49,780 nucleotides of DNA, from NCBI GenBank assembly GCA_039180995.1, contig JBCDCW010000001.1:1-49780 (forward strand), written 5' to 3'. Both the position numbers and the translations under genes were made by a program. The notes under the pieces were generated by a model. That model was not told the DNA's origin and did not search any database. It saw only the letters and a program-made list of their open reading frames with translations. The stretch comes from Pseudomonadota bacterium. GTDB lineage: Bacteria; Pseudomonadota; Alphaproteobacteria; Rhodobacterales; Rhodobacteraceae. Positions within the stretch are counted from its first letter, which is position 1, and every line of letters begins with the position of its first letter. Of this stretch, positions 1-12,858 are shown one piece after another.

Positions 1-1679
1 ATCAGGGTGAACCGATCCTCCCCTTGCCGCAGCAGAGTCATCTCGGTCACCACGCGTCCCTTGTCGTCCGGGAAGTAGGCCAGGCCGATCCGCCCGACCT
101 TGGGCAGCCGCCCGGCGATCCGAGCCGAAAGCCACTCCGCCGCGCCCTCGCCCGACAGGCTCATCCGGGTGAAGCCGGGCAGATCCAGCACGCCGACGCC
201 ATCGCGCACGGCCTCGCATTCGGCGCGCACCCGGTCGTGCCACGGCCCCTGCCGCTCCCAGGTATGGGTGGCCTCATCGGAGATATCATCGCCCGCCTGC
301 GCGAACCACGCCGCCCGCTCCCAGCCATTGGCGGCGACAGTCTGCGCCCCCAATTCCAACAGACGATCATGGGACGGCGACACCTTCGCGTCCCGACCCG
401 CAGGGAACCGGCGCCAGGGGAAATGCATGGCGTATTCATGGCCGTAGGTCTGCATGCCCTGGGCCTTCGCGATCTCCCGATCCACATGGCCGGTGAAGCG
501 GCGCGGGTCACACGACCACATGTCCCATTCCGGCGCGCCTTCGGTGATCCATTCCGACAGGACCTTCCCGGCGCCCCCCGCTTGGGCGATGCCGAAGGTG
601 AAGGCGCAGGCCTCGAACGCGTTCGGCACGCCCGGCATGGGCCCGATCAGCGGCAGGCCGTCGGGCGCATAGGGGATCGGGCCGTTTATCACCTTAGAAA
701 TCCCCGCCCGGCCCAGCAGCGGCACGCGGGCGCAGGCGTCTTCGATATGCCACTCGATCCGGTCCAGATCGTCCTCGAACAACTGGAACGAGAAATCCTC
801 GGGCACGTCGCTGTCTGTCCAATAGGCCCGGCAGGTCGCCTCATAAGGTCCGAGATTGAAGCCGTTCCGGTCCTGACGCAGGTAGTAGGAGCTGTCGACG
901 TCGCGCAGAATCGGGATTTTGCCGCCATGTTCGGCCGACCAGGCGGCGATCTCCTCGGTGTCCTCGGACAACAGGTATTGGTGTCCCATCACCACCATCG
1001 GCAGATCGCGCCCGCCGAAGGGGCGGAACCATTCGGCGACGCGGCGGGCGTAATAGCCCGCGGCATTCACCACGATCTCGGCGTGGATGTCGCCCTTTGC
1101 CGTCTTCACAATCCATTCGTCCCCATCTCGATCCACGCCGGTCACCGGCGTATGCCGCGCGATCCGGGCGCCCATGGCCCGGGCGCCGCGCGCGAAAGCT
1201 TGGGTCAGCTGAGCCGGGTCGATGTCCCCGTCCCACGGATCCCAAAGTCCCCCAGCCAGGTCATGGATCTCCATGAACGGATGGCGGTCCTGCATCTCCT
1301 TCGCGGTGACCACCTCCATCTCCATGCCATGGCTGCGGCCCATGGCGGCGACATGCTCGAATTCCTGCATCCGCTCGCGCGTATGGGCCAGGCGGACAGC
1401 GCCGGAGACGTGGTAGTTGATGGGATAATCCACCGTTTCGCCCAAAGTCCGGTAGAGCGACGTCGAATACCCCTGCATCGCCATCACACCCGCATCGGCG
1501 GCGAAGTTCGGGCAATTACCCGCAGCGTGCCAGGTGGATCCGGCGGTCAGTTCGTCCCGTTCCAGTAACAGCGTGTCGGTCCAACCGGCCAGAGCCAGAT
1601 GATACTGCACCGAGGTGCCGACGGCACCGCCTCCGATGATGACCACGCGCGCGGTGGTCGGCAGGTCGTTCGTCGCCAT
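1..1679 (-). CDS. FAD-dependent oxidoreductase, GcvT/dimethylglycine dehydrogenase family (3' part runs off the window)
   Basis: Not in the ORF track because it has no stop in the window. Manual translation from ATG at 1679 gives MATNDLPTTARVVIIGGGAVGTSVQYHLALAGWTDTLLLERDELTAGSTWHAAG, with the GxGxxG FAD motif and the GSTWHAAG motif of DMGDH/sarcosine dehydrogenase-like proteins. Confidence 0.88.
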   Translation of the reverse strand, partial: MATNDLPTTARVVIIGGGAVGTSVQYHLALAGWTDTLLLERDELTAGSTWHAAGNCPNFAADAGVMAMQGYSTSLYRTLGETVDYPINYHVSGAVRLAHTRERMQEFEHVAAMGRSHGMEMEVVTAKEMQDRHPFMEIHDLAGGLWDPWDGDIDPAQLTQAFARGARAMGARIARHTPVTGVDRDGDEWIVKTAKGDIHAEIVVNAAGYYARRVAEWFRPFGGRDLPMVVMGHQYLLSEDTEEIAAWSAEHGGKIPILRDVDSSYYLRQDRNGFNLGPYEATCRAYWTDSDVPEDFSFQLFEDDLDRIEWHIEDACARVPLLGRAGISKVINGPIPYAPDGLPLIGPMPGVPNAFEACAFTFGIAQAGGAGKVLSEWITEGAPEWDMWSCDPRRFTGHVDREIAKAQGMQTYGHEYAMHFPWRRFPAGRDAKVSPSHDRLLELGAQTVAANGWERAAWFAQAGDDISDEATHTWERQGPWHDRVRAECEAVRDGVGVLDLPGFTRMSLSGEGAAEWLSARIAGRLPKVGRIGLAYFPDDKGRVVTEMTLLRQGEDRFTL

Positions 1680-1746
1680 GATCGCTCCCCTGTGACCGAC
1701 GCAGATTGGGGGGAAATAGGGCGCGCGACAAGGGACGAAGCGTCGC

Positions 1747-5247
<3,501 letters not shown>

Positions 5248-5277
5248 CGCCGTCAGGTAACGGCTGGCCCTATGGTG

Positions 5278-5805
5278 TCAACCGCCAAGCACGCTCTGAT
5301 TGAGGTTCACCCACATGCCCCACATGGACGTGGCGAAGATGGACACGACCCCCACCATCTGCACCGACCGTCGATGCCGGGCCAGCAGGTTGCCCAGGTC
5401 GTAGGCGTCCAGCCCCTCGACCTTGCGCGCCGTGCGGAAAGACAGGCTGGCCACGATCATCATGGGCAGGAACAAGAAGAGGATCGCCTGGGCGAATTCA
5501 ATGTCATAGAGGAAACCCAGAAGTACCAGGACCGTGACCGTGAAGAAGGTGAAGACGGTCGAAACCGTGCCCGTCGCGTCACCGATATAGAGCAGCCGCC
5601 GGGCCTGGATATTGGCTAGGGCATGCATGTCCTGAAGCGCGACCTCGTTCCCGCGGGCGGCCCGCCGGACCATATCGAACGGGACCCCGATCACCCAATG
5701 GGAGGCCGAGGACCACATCACCGCCAGCGCGATCCAGAACCACAGGTTCGAGAACGAGCGAAGGTCGATCACTTCGAGGGCGGTCTGCAGGAAGAAGAAG
5801 TCCAA
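5278..5805 (-). CDS. Conserved Rhodobacteraceae membrane protein (IDLRSFSNLWFW family, often loosely labelled 'component of SufBCD complex')
   Basis: 175 aa with about 4 hydrophobic helices and a TTG start. Lies between hemB and mfd. Confidence 0.75.
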   Translation of the reverse strand: MDFFFLQTALEVIDLRSFSNLWFWIALAVMWSSASHWVIGVPFDMVRRAARGNEVALQDMHALANIQARRLLYIGDATGTVSTVFTFFTVTVLVLLGFLYDIEFAQAILFLFLPMMIVASLSFRTARKVEGLDAYDLGNLLARHRRSVQMVGVVSIFATSMWGMWVNLNQSVLGG

Positions 5806-5937
5806 GGGGTGGGTCCGAGGTCAGATCGTCTGGGCCGCCATGTCGCCCAGGCGCATGGGGAATGGCAAGCGGCAGGGCGGTTGATCAGGCGGCAAGGGCG
5901 TGGAAGGGATGGGAAAATGTCACAAAGGTCCCGTCCG

Positions 5938-6945
5938 ATGCCTGCCGTCCCCCCCGCTTTCCCCCGCGCCCGCACCCGCCGCCTGCGCCGGACGCCCGCC
6001 TTGCGGGCCCTGGTGCGCGAGGAGCGGCTGTCGGCGGACGACCTGATCTGGCCGGTCTTCGTCTGCGACGGCGAGGGCGTCACGCAGGAGGTGGCGTCGA
6101 TGCCGGGCGTCATCCGGCGGTCGGTGGACCTCACCGTCGAGGCGGCCGAGGCGGCCGCTGCCGAAGGGATCCGAACGATCTGTTTGTTCCCGTATACGGA
6201 CGAAAGGTTAAAGACCGATTTATGCGAAGAGGCCTGGAACCCCGATAACCTGTCGAATCGCGCGATCCGGGCGATCAAAGCGGCGGTGCCGGAGATCTCG
6301 GTGATGACCGACGTGGCGCTCGACCCCTATAACGCGCAGGGGCATGACGGGATCGTGCGAGACGGCGTGATCGTCAACGACGAGAGCGTCGAGGCGCTGG
6401 TGAAGATGGCGCTGGCCCAGGCCAAGGCAGGGGCCGACATTCTGGGGCCGTCCGACATGATGGATCACCGGATCGGGGCGATGCGGGATGCGTTGGAGGA
6501 TGCGGGGCATCAGGATGTGACGATCATGTCTTACGCAGCCAAGTATGCCTCTGCTTTCTATGGGCCTTTCCGGGATGCCGTCGGTGCGTCGGGGGCGCTG
6601 AAAGGGGATAAGAAGACGTATCAGCTGGACCCGCTGAATGGCGATGAGGCGCTGCGGACGGTGGCGCGGGACATCGCCGAGGGGGCCGACATGGTCATGG
6701 TGAAGCCGGGGATGCCTTACTTGGACATCTGCCGGCGCGTGAAGGGCGCCTTTGCCGTGCCCACCTTCGCCTACCAGGTGTCGGGCGAATACGCGATGAT
6801 CAAGGCGGCGGCCGCAAATGGTTGGATCGACGGGGAAAAAGCCATGATGGAAAGCCTGATGGCCTTTCGCCGGGCGGGCTGCGATGGCGTGCTGACCTAC
6901 TTCGCGCCCGAGGCCGCGGGGCGGATCCGGGCGGGATGGGACTGA
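5938..6945 (+). CDS. hemB: Porphobilinogen synthase (ALA dehydratase), Asp-rich non-Zn type
   Basis: RTRRLRR N-terminus, DVALDPYNAQGHDG metal-site region, SYAAKYASAFYGPFRDA, MVKPG and AYQVSGEY. Start placed at ATG 5938 rather than the long ORF start. Confidence 0.97.
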   Translation: MPAVPPAFPRARTRRLRRTPALRALVREERLSADDLIWPVFVCDGEGVTQEVASMPGVIRRSVDLTVEAAEAAAAEGIRTICLFPYTDERLKTDLCEEAWNPDNLSNRAIRAIKAAVPEISVMTDVALDPYNAQGHDGIVRDGVIVNDESVEALVKMALAQAKAGADILGPSDMMDHRIGAMRDALEDAGHQDVTIMSYAAKYASAFYGPFRDAVGASGALKGDKKTYQLDPLNGDEALRTVARDIAEGADMVMVKPGMPYLDICRRVKGAFAVPTFAYQVSGEYAMIKAAAANGWIDGEKAMMESLMAFRRAGCDGVLTYFAPEAAGRIRAGWD

Positions 6946-7218
6946 CCAGGGACCGAAGTTCCGGCCCGCCGGTCGGGAAAAGTTGCGACATCAAAGGGTT
7001 GTGGGGCTGTCGACGCGCCGGCGCGGGGGCGTTAATCTCTGTCAACTTTCGCAGCGTCAGCGAAAGAATGTCGTGCATTTCGAGACCAAGGGGCGTATGG
7101 GGCGCGTGCGACGGTATGAATATCGACGGCCCTGCTTCAGACCGGCTCTGTCTTTCGATGCTACACTGACCGAGCCACCCTGCCACATGTCGTGGGCAGC
7201 AAATCTAGGAGACAGACG

Positions 7219-7425
7219 ATGGCCACAGGCACCGTCAAATGGTTCAATTCCACCAAAGGCTTCGGCTTTATCGCACCCGAATCGGGCGGCAAGGATGTGT
7301 TCGTGCATATCTCGGCCGTCGAGCGGGCGGGCCTGACCGGCCTGGCCGATAATCAGAAGGTCCAGTTCGACATGGAAGCCGGACGCGACGGGCGCGAGAG
7401 CGCGACGAATATCCAGCTGCTCTGA
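7219..7425 (+). CDS. cspA: Cold-shock protein
   Basis: MATGTVKWFNSTKGFGFI...DVFVHISA (RNP1/RNP2 motifs). RBS AGGAGA lies upstream. Confidence 0.95.
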   Translation: MATGTVKWFNSTKGFGFIAPESGGKDVFVHISAVERAGLTGLADNQKVQFDMEAGRDGRESATNIQLL

Positions 7426-7449
7426 ACGCAGGTTTCGTCAAGATTTTTG

Positions 7450-7478
7450 AAGGCGTCCCGCTTGGGGCGCCTTTTTTC
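7450..7478 (+). terminator. Intrinsic terminator after cspA
   Basis: Hairpin aaggcgtccc-gctt-ggggcgcctt followed by a T-tract. Confidence 0.85.
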
Positions 7479-7611
7479 ATGGGGTTTCCGGGGGGTGCCC
7501 CCCGTATACCGGGCATACACCCCCCGTACAGACGCGCGGCTGTACGGGTTTGGTGGCGGTTCGTTAACTGCTCCGCTCGATTGTGCCCTCCGGATTGTGG
7601 TGGAGGGGACG

Positions 7612-8151
7612 ATGGGACAGGCGATGGGCCGCAGGCAGGCCGAGCATCAGGGCGACATGATTCGCGCCATGCGGGCGTTTGAATGGGACATGCATTCTGC
7701 GATCACGCGGGCGGGACGGCTGCCGACGGCTTGGCGCGAGATCTGGGAGGCGCGATCGGCGAAGAAGGAACGGGTGAACATCCGGGTGGATACGGATGTG
7801 CTGCGGTTCTTCAAATCCATGGGCGACGGCTATGGCCCGCGGATGAACGCGGTGCTGCGGTCGTTCATGCAGGCGCGGCTGGCGGGGCTGATCGAAGGGG
7901 AGGATCTGGCGGAGATCTACCGCGAGCGCTGGATGGGCGTGGCCCGACCGTCGCCGGCCACGGCGGCGGAGCAGGCGCGGGAGGCCGAGGCGGACGTGGC
8001 GGAGCGGCAGGCGCTCTTGGACAAGTGGCTCGGCATGTCCGACCCGCAGGCGTTCCCGCCGGCGGACCTCAGGCGGTTGGAATATCTCGCGCAGAAGATC
8101 GGGGATTTGAATCGGGCTGAGGCGGCGTCGGCGGCGGATGTGGAGGAGTGA
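7612..8151 (+). CDS. BrnA antitoxin-family (ribbon-helix-helix) protein
   Basis: KKERVNIRVDTDVLRFFKSMGDGYGPRMNAVLRSFM matches the BrnA RHH pattern. RBS GGAGGG precedes ATG 7612. Confidence 0.8.
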   Translation: MGQAMGRRQAEHQGDMIRAMRAFEWDMHSAITRAGRLPTAWREIWEARSAKKERVNIRVDTDVLRFFKSMGDGYGPRMNAVLRSFMQARLAGLIEGEDLAEIYRERWMGVARPSPATAAEQAREAEADVAERQALLDKWLGMSDPQAFPPADLRRLEYLAQKIGDLNRAEAASAADVEE

Positions 8152-8342
8152 AGGGGGGAGTGAGAAGGGAAGGGTCCGCCGGGCTGCCCACCGGTGCCTG
8201 ACCAAGAGATGAGGATCCCACAACCGGCGATTGACCTTCAAAAACGACCGCCCCGGACCGGGCGGGAGCAGATGTGCCGACAGAGATGTTCCGAAAAGGG
8301 CCGCGCGGCGATTTTAAGGCAGCAGCGATCCCAAAGTGTCGA

Positions 8343-9341
8343 TCACGAACTGGCGCGGTGTCTTCCCGGAGTCACGCCGAAGGTCTCTCTAAAGGCTGTC
8401 GTGAGGTGGGACTGGCTGCTGAACCCCGTCTCGTGAGCGATTCCCGCAATGGACATCATCGTCGTCTCCAGCATCTGCTTGGCGAGTTTCAACCGCTCGG
8501 CCCGAACGAAAGCATATGGGCTTATCCCCTTCGATGCCTTGAACAACTCGGCGAAATGGTGCGGCGATATGTTTGCCTGGGCGGCCATATCGGCGACCTT
8601 TAGGTCAGGATCGGAGAGGTTTGTCATCGCGTAGTCGAGACCATGGGCCAACCTGCGGTCGGCGGTGCTGCGATCCTTGGTTCGCCAATCCCTATTGGAA
8701 GAGCCGTTGGATAGGGAGGACATCAATCGCGAGGAGATGCCGAGGACGATGGCCTCCATCATCATCACGTCGGCTGGCGTGTCCGAAGCTCGCTTGCCGG
8801 AAAGTAAGCTGCCCGCCAAGCGGCCCATTGTCCCGATGATCCGATCTTCGCGGTAGCCGCCAAAGGGTAGAACGGCGTCGTCTTTTACGTCTGCCGTTTC
8901 AGACCAATCGGCCAGGACATCGTCGCCGATTTCTAGCAGAATGCACGGAACGGCGTTTTTGGACGTGAGGTGAAGGTCCGTCCCCGCGGTCACGAAACCG
9001 AAAGTGTTTTCCGGGACGACGGCTGATGTCCTCTGATCGGAATTGATTCCGTAGAGCGTGGGCGATGGGCCGAGATTGATGTCGACAAAGGCCGAGGGGA
9101 CGACAAACTTGGCGTCGGTAGGGCCAGGCGGCAGGATGCTGAGACATATTTCGTCCTTCGGCACCGCGTCCTGTGGGTTTGCCGTCGTGCGTTCATCGGG
9201 CCGCCATTTCGACAGGCCGCCTGGGGCATAGCGAAACTCCGAAACGATATAGCCGCTCATTGGCGGGAAGCCCGGATCAGGGAGATTTGAAAGACATGAG
9301 CTTTTGTCCTTGTTCGCCGTCTCACGCGTCACGATCCCCAC
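8343..9341 (-). CDS. AraC-family transcriptional regulator
   Basis: C-terminal double HTH (VADMAAQANISPHHFAELFK...IAGIAHETGFSSQSHLTTAFRETFGVTPGRHR). Start is uncertain; ATG 9260 is an alternative. Confidence 0.9.
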   Translation of the reverse strand: MGIVTRETANKDKSSCLSNLPDPGFPPMSGYIVSEFRYAPGGLSKWRPDERTTANPQDAVPKDEICLSILPPGPTDAKFVVPSAFVDINLGPSPTLYGINSDQRTSAVVPENTFGFVTAGTDLHLTSKNAVPCILLEIGDDVLADWSETADVKDDAVLPFGGYREDRIIGTMGRLAGSLLSGKRASDTPADVMMMEAIVLGISSRLMSSLSNGSSNRDWRTKDRSTADRRLAHGLDYAMTNLSDPDLKVADMAAQANISPHHFAELFKASKGISPYAFVRAERLKLAKQMLETTMMSIAGIAHETGFSSQSHLTTAFRETFGVTPGRHRASS

Positions 9342-9656
9342 GATTACTCGGTAATCCGACCTCGACGCCTCTGTCTCTCGTGGTCGAATTGTCTAGATTT
9401 CTTAACGTTGAGAATGTCTAGTATAATATACAATCAGATCGATTGTTTTTCTTTTATAAATTTCGCGGATTCTGCTGGCGCGGTTCTTCAACGTGCCGTT
9501 TTCAACGTCCTGACGCATGTGGGGAAAGCCGACGTTCCGCACCATGGATCGAGCTGACGGAGACACCTTCCAGCAATGGGGCCTTTGGCGGCTGCTTTGC
9601 GCCCGTCGGCCTATCCGGGCCGTCTGAGACCCGGACAGACGCGCCGCATTGGTTTT

Positions 9657-10307
9657 CTACGCCCCCACCCCCACCGGACACGTCACTCCCGTCCCCCCAA
9701 GCCCGCAATAGCCGCCGGGGTTCTTGGACAGGTATTGCTGGTGGTAATCCTCGGCGTGGTAAAAGGCCGGGGCGGGGAGGATTTCGGTGGTGATCTCGCC
9801 GTAGCCGGCAGCCTCCAGTCGGGGTTGCATGGCGGCGAGGGTGGTCTCGGCGGTCTCTTTCTGGGCGGCGGAGTAGGTGTAGATGCCGGAGCGGTATTGG
9901 GTGCCGCGGTCGTTGCCCTGGCGCATGCCCTGGGTCGGGTTGTGGCCTTCCCAGAAGACTTTCAGAAGGTCGGCATAGGTCACTTGGGCAGGGTCGTAGA
10001 TGATGCGGACGACCTCGTTATGGCCGGTGCGGCCGGAGCAGACTTCCTCGTAGGTCGGGTTGGGCGTGTAGCCGCCCGCATAGCCGACCAAGGTCATGTG
10101 GATTCCGGGGATCTGCCAGAACATGCGTTCCACGCCCCAGAAGCAGCCCATGCCGACCATGGCTTCCTCCATCCCCGGGGGGACGGTGTTGGTCAGCGGG
10201 GTGCCGTAGACGTGGTGGGTGGTGGCGGTGGGGATCGGGTCGAGGCGGCCGGGAAGGGCGTCGGCCTCGGAGATCATTTCGGGGGTTTTGGCGAAGAGTT
10301 GGAACAT
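9657..10307 (-). CDS. msrA: Peptide-methionine (S)-S-oxide reductase
   Basis: GCFWG active site, [19 protein letters not shown] and AEDYHQQYL. Confidence 0.97.
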   Translation of the reverse strand: MFQLFAKTPEMISEADALPGRLDPIPTATTHHVYGTPLTNTVPPGMEEAMVGMGCFWGVERMFWQIPGIHMTLVGYAGGYTPNPTYEEVCSGRTGHNEVVRIIYDPAQVTYADLLKVFWEGHNPTQGMRQGNDRGTQYRSGIYTYSAAQKETAETTLAAMQPRLEAAGYGEITTEILPAPAFYHAEDYHQQYLSKNPGGYCGLGGTGVTCPVGVGA

Positions 10308-10340
10308 GGGCGCATCTCCTTTGCGCCCAATGTAGGGGTC

Positions 10341-11567
10341 TTACTCGGCCACGGCGAGGGGGCGCGACAGCGTGGTCTCGTGGCCCGGGATCGGATGGCG
10401 GGGGACCAGGGTGGAGAGCGCGAGGGAGCCCGCGGCCATGCAGGCGGCCAGGAGGTAGACGGAGATCGGCGAGGTGAGCCAGAGGTAGCCGAGCGCGGCG
10501 GGCAGGAAGACGGCGGCGATGTGGTTGATGGTGAAGGCGACGGCCGCCGTGGGGGCGATGTCGGCGGGGTCGGCGATCTTCTGGAAGTAGGTTTTGATGG
10601 CGAGCGCCAGGCTGAAGAAGATGTGGTTGGCGACATAGAGGAGGCAGGCCACGGCGACGCCCCAGTCGAAGAGGTAGAGGCCGGCATAGAGGAGGAAGAT
10701 CGTGGTGAGGCCGGCATATTCGAGGATCAACGCGCGGCGTTCGCCGAAATGGGCGACGGCGCGGCCGACGAGGGTGGCGGTGGCCATGTTGATCGCCAGC
10801 GTGCCCATGAAGAGCGCGGTGATCTGGGCGACGTCGAGGCCGTAGCGTTCGACCATCATGAAGGCGGCGAAAACGACGAAGATCTGGCGGCGGGCGCCGG
10901 ACATGAATTGCAGCAGGTAGTAGAGCCAGTAGCGACGGCGCAGGATCATCTTCTTGGTCTGGGGATGGGGGCTTTCAAAGTGCGGGAAGATGAGGCGCGC
11001 GGCGAGGGCGAGGGCCACGGTCGTGCCGCCCGCGATCCAATAGACCAGGTCGTAGCTGAGGTCGAAGGTGCGCCAGGTGAGGACCAGGGCGCCATAGGCC
11101 AGGAGCGTGGCGCCCGAGCCGATGGCCAGCAGGGTGCCGAGCATTCTTGGCGCTTCGGTTTTGGGGAGCCATTGGAGTTGGAGGCTTTGGTTGACGGTCT
11201 CGTAATAGTGGAAGCCGATGGAACTGAGCAGGGTGATGGTGAGGAGGCCGGTGAGCGACGGGAATTGGGCGGTGAGCGCGGTGGCCACGCCCAGGATGGC
11301 GAGGGAGACGAGGGCCAGTGTCTGTTCGCGCACGAAGAGGATGATGGCGATGACGCCGATGGCAAGGAAGCCGGGGATCTCGCGGATTGTGTGGAGCCAG
11401 CCGATATCGGCGCCGTCGAAGCCCGCGACCTGGATGGTGAAGTTGTTGAGGAGCGCCGACCAGGTGGCGAAGGCGATGGGCATGGCCACGGCCATCAGCA
11501 TCAGCAGCGCTGGGGGGCGGCGCCAGGCCGGCAGCGTGTGGGCGTCGGAGAGGGAGAGGGTGGCCAT
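10341..11567 (-). CDS. MFS transporter
   Basis: 408 aa with about 12 hydrophobic segments, REIPGFLA and GRAVAHFGERR (motif A-like). Confidence 0.88.
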   Translation of the reverse strand: MATLSLSDAHTLPAWRRPPALLMLMAVAMPIAFATWSALLNNFTIQVAGFDGADIGWLHTIREIPGFLAIGVIAIILFVREQTLALVSLAILGVATALTAQFPSLTGLLTITLLSSIGFHYYETVNQSLQLQWLPKTEAPRMLGTLLAIGSGATLLAYGALVLTWRTFDLSYDLVYWIAGGTTVALALAARLIFPHFESPHPQTKKMILRRRYWLYYLLQFMSGARRQIFVVFAAFMMVERYGLDVAQITALFMGTLAINMATATLVGRAVAHFGERRALILEYAGLTTIFLLYAGLYLFDWGVAVACLLYVANHIFFSLALAIKTYFQKIADPADIAPTAAVAFTINHIAAVFLPAALGYLWLTSPISVYLLAACMAAGSLALSTLVPRHPIPGHETTLSRPLAVAE

Positions 11568-11679
11568 GGGGGTGGGCTACGCCCAGAGGGCGGGGCTGTC
11601 CATTGGGCATTTGGTCGAGGTGTCCGCGCGGCCGTCCGTAGGGATCGACAGTCTGGGGACGGGCGCTTAAGGCCCTAGG

Positions 11680-12639
11680 ATGATTGTTTCGATGGGTGCG
11701 CCCGATCCGAAGCTGTTTCAGCGGGCGATGGCAGACTTCAACGCGCGGTCGGTCTCGGCTTTGGGAAAGATCGCGCCTTTTGTTTTGACCCTTCTGCTTT
11801 TGGGCACGGCGATTTTCGTGGGACGCGTGCTAGGTTTGTTCTGGCTCTCGTTCCTCATTTTCCTGACCTTCCCCCTGCCCCAGCTGCTGCACCCGCAGGC
11901 ATATGTCCGTGCCGTTGCGCGAAAGATGGCGGCAGCGTCCTTCTTTCGAGGCGCGCATGAGGCTGTTTTGACGGGACGGGGTTTTTCGGTTGAGACGCCA
12001 GACGTGCTCCGCCGCGGACCATGGTCGGCGGTTCGGGCGGTTCACTTGGCCGGGGATCTCGCCGTGCTTGACCATGGTCGGACTGAGTTCACCGTCTTAC
12101 CCAACGGTCGCGAGCGGTTTGCCGAAATCCAGGCGCTATGGCGTGGCACGGGCGAGGCGGAGACGACAGTCCGATTGGCCGGAACGGTCTCGGGTAAGGA
12201 CCTCGGCCTCGCCCTTGGCGCGCTGTCGAAACGGAAATGGTGGGGACGGGCGATCGTGGCCTATTGTACGTTGGGATCAATCCTCCTGGTAATCTTAGGG
12301 TTAAACCACTTCGGCCTTGGCAACGGGGCCGAACTTCTGGTGCTCGCGCTCGTCTTGGTGGGTTCTTTCGCGGCATTCCGCAGGTTTGGGACATGGTCAG
12401 CCGCCGAGTTGAAGGTGACCGATCAGACGGCGCGTTTGGAGGCCCAGGGATACGAAATCAAAAAGGACGGCGTCATTATGAAGGGGCATTGGACGGGTGA
12501 AGAAGGCGCGCGACGCGTCCAGGACGCACTGGAACTGCAGATCGGCCCGGGATGGCTGGAATTGATCCCCATGGAACCGGCGCGCCTTGAGGCGGCGGTT
12601 GCGGATGTCACAGGGTGGATCGTGGCTGCAAAGGGCTGA
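11680..12639 (+). CDS. Membrane protein with two YcxB-like (TM hairpin + PH-like) modules
   Basis: Two repeats of a TM pair followed by a beta-rich segment with a conserved Trp (GFSVETPDVLRRGPWSAV; GYEIKKDGVIMKGHWTGE). Confidence 0.6.
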   Translation: MIVSMGAPDPKLFQRAMADFNARSVSALGKIAPFVLTLLLLGTAIFVGRVLGLFWLSFLIFLTFPLPQLLHPQAYVRAVARKMAAASFFRGAHEAVLTGRGFSVETPDVLRRGPWSAVRAVHLAGDLAVLDHGRTEFTVLPNGRERFAEIQALWRGTGEAETTVRLAGTVSGKDLGLALGALSKRKWWGRAIVAYCTLGSILLVILGLNHFGLGNGAELLVLALVLVGSFAAFRRFGTWSAAELKVTDQTARLEAQGYEIKKDGVIMKGHWTGEEGARRVQDALELQIGPGWLELIPMEPARLEAAVADVTGWIVAAKG

Positions 12640-12858
12640 GCCTGTCCGCATCGTGGACGTGGAGGTTCCCAGGGCTGGCGCGACGTCCGGAGATGGAGGT
12701 GAGCATAGCAGCCGGGCTGTGGCGCATGTCGGTCTTGCGGAGAGGATCGCTTAAGGGATGCGCGGACGGGATGCGCTAATGGCCCAAGGGTCGTTCGTCT
12801 TGGCAACGCCCTTGGCGAGGCCGGGCCTCTTGCGGTCCGGCCCCGGGGATCTGTCAGG

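Noticed and set aside
24-1568. 514-aa plus-strand ORF
   Set aside because: Antisense shadow of the minus-strand GcvT-family gene. No motifs, and a composition typical of high-GC shadow ORFs.
7559-7573. GTTC-N7-GCTC resembling an alphaproteobacterial LexA box upstream of the BrnA-like gene
   Set aside because: One mismatch in an 8-base consensus is easily chance, and there is no other support.
9576-11678. 700-aa plus-strand ORF
   Set aside because: Shadow of msrA and the MFS gene.
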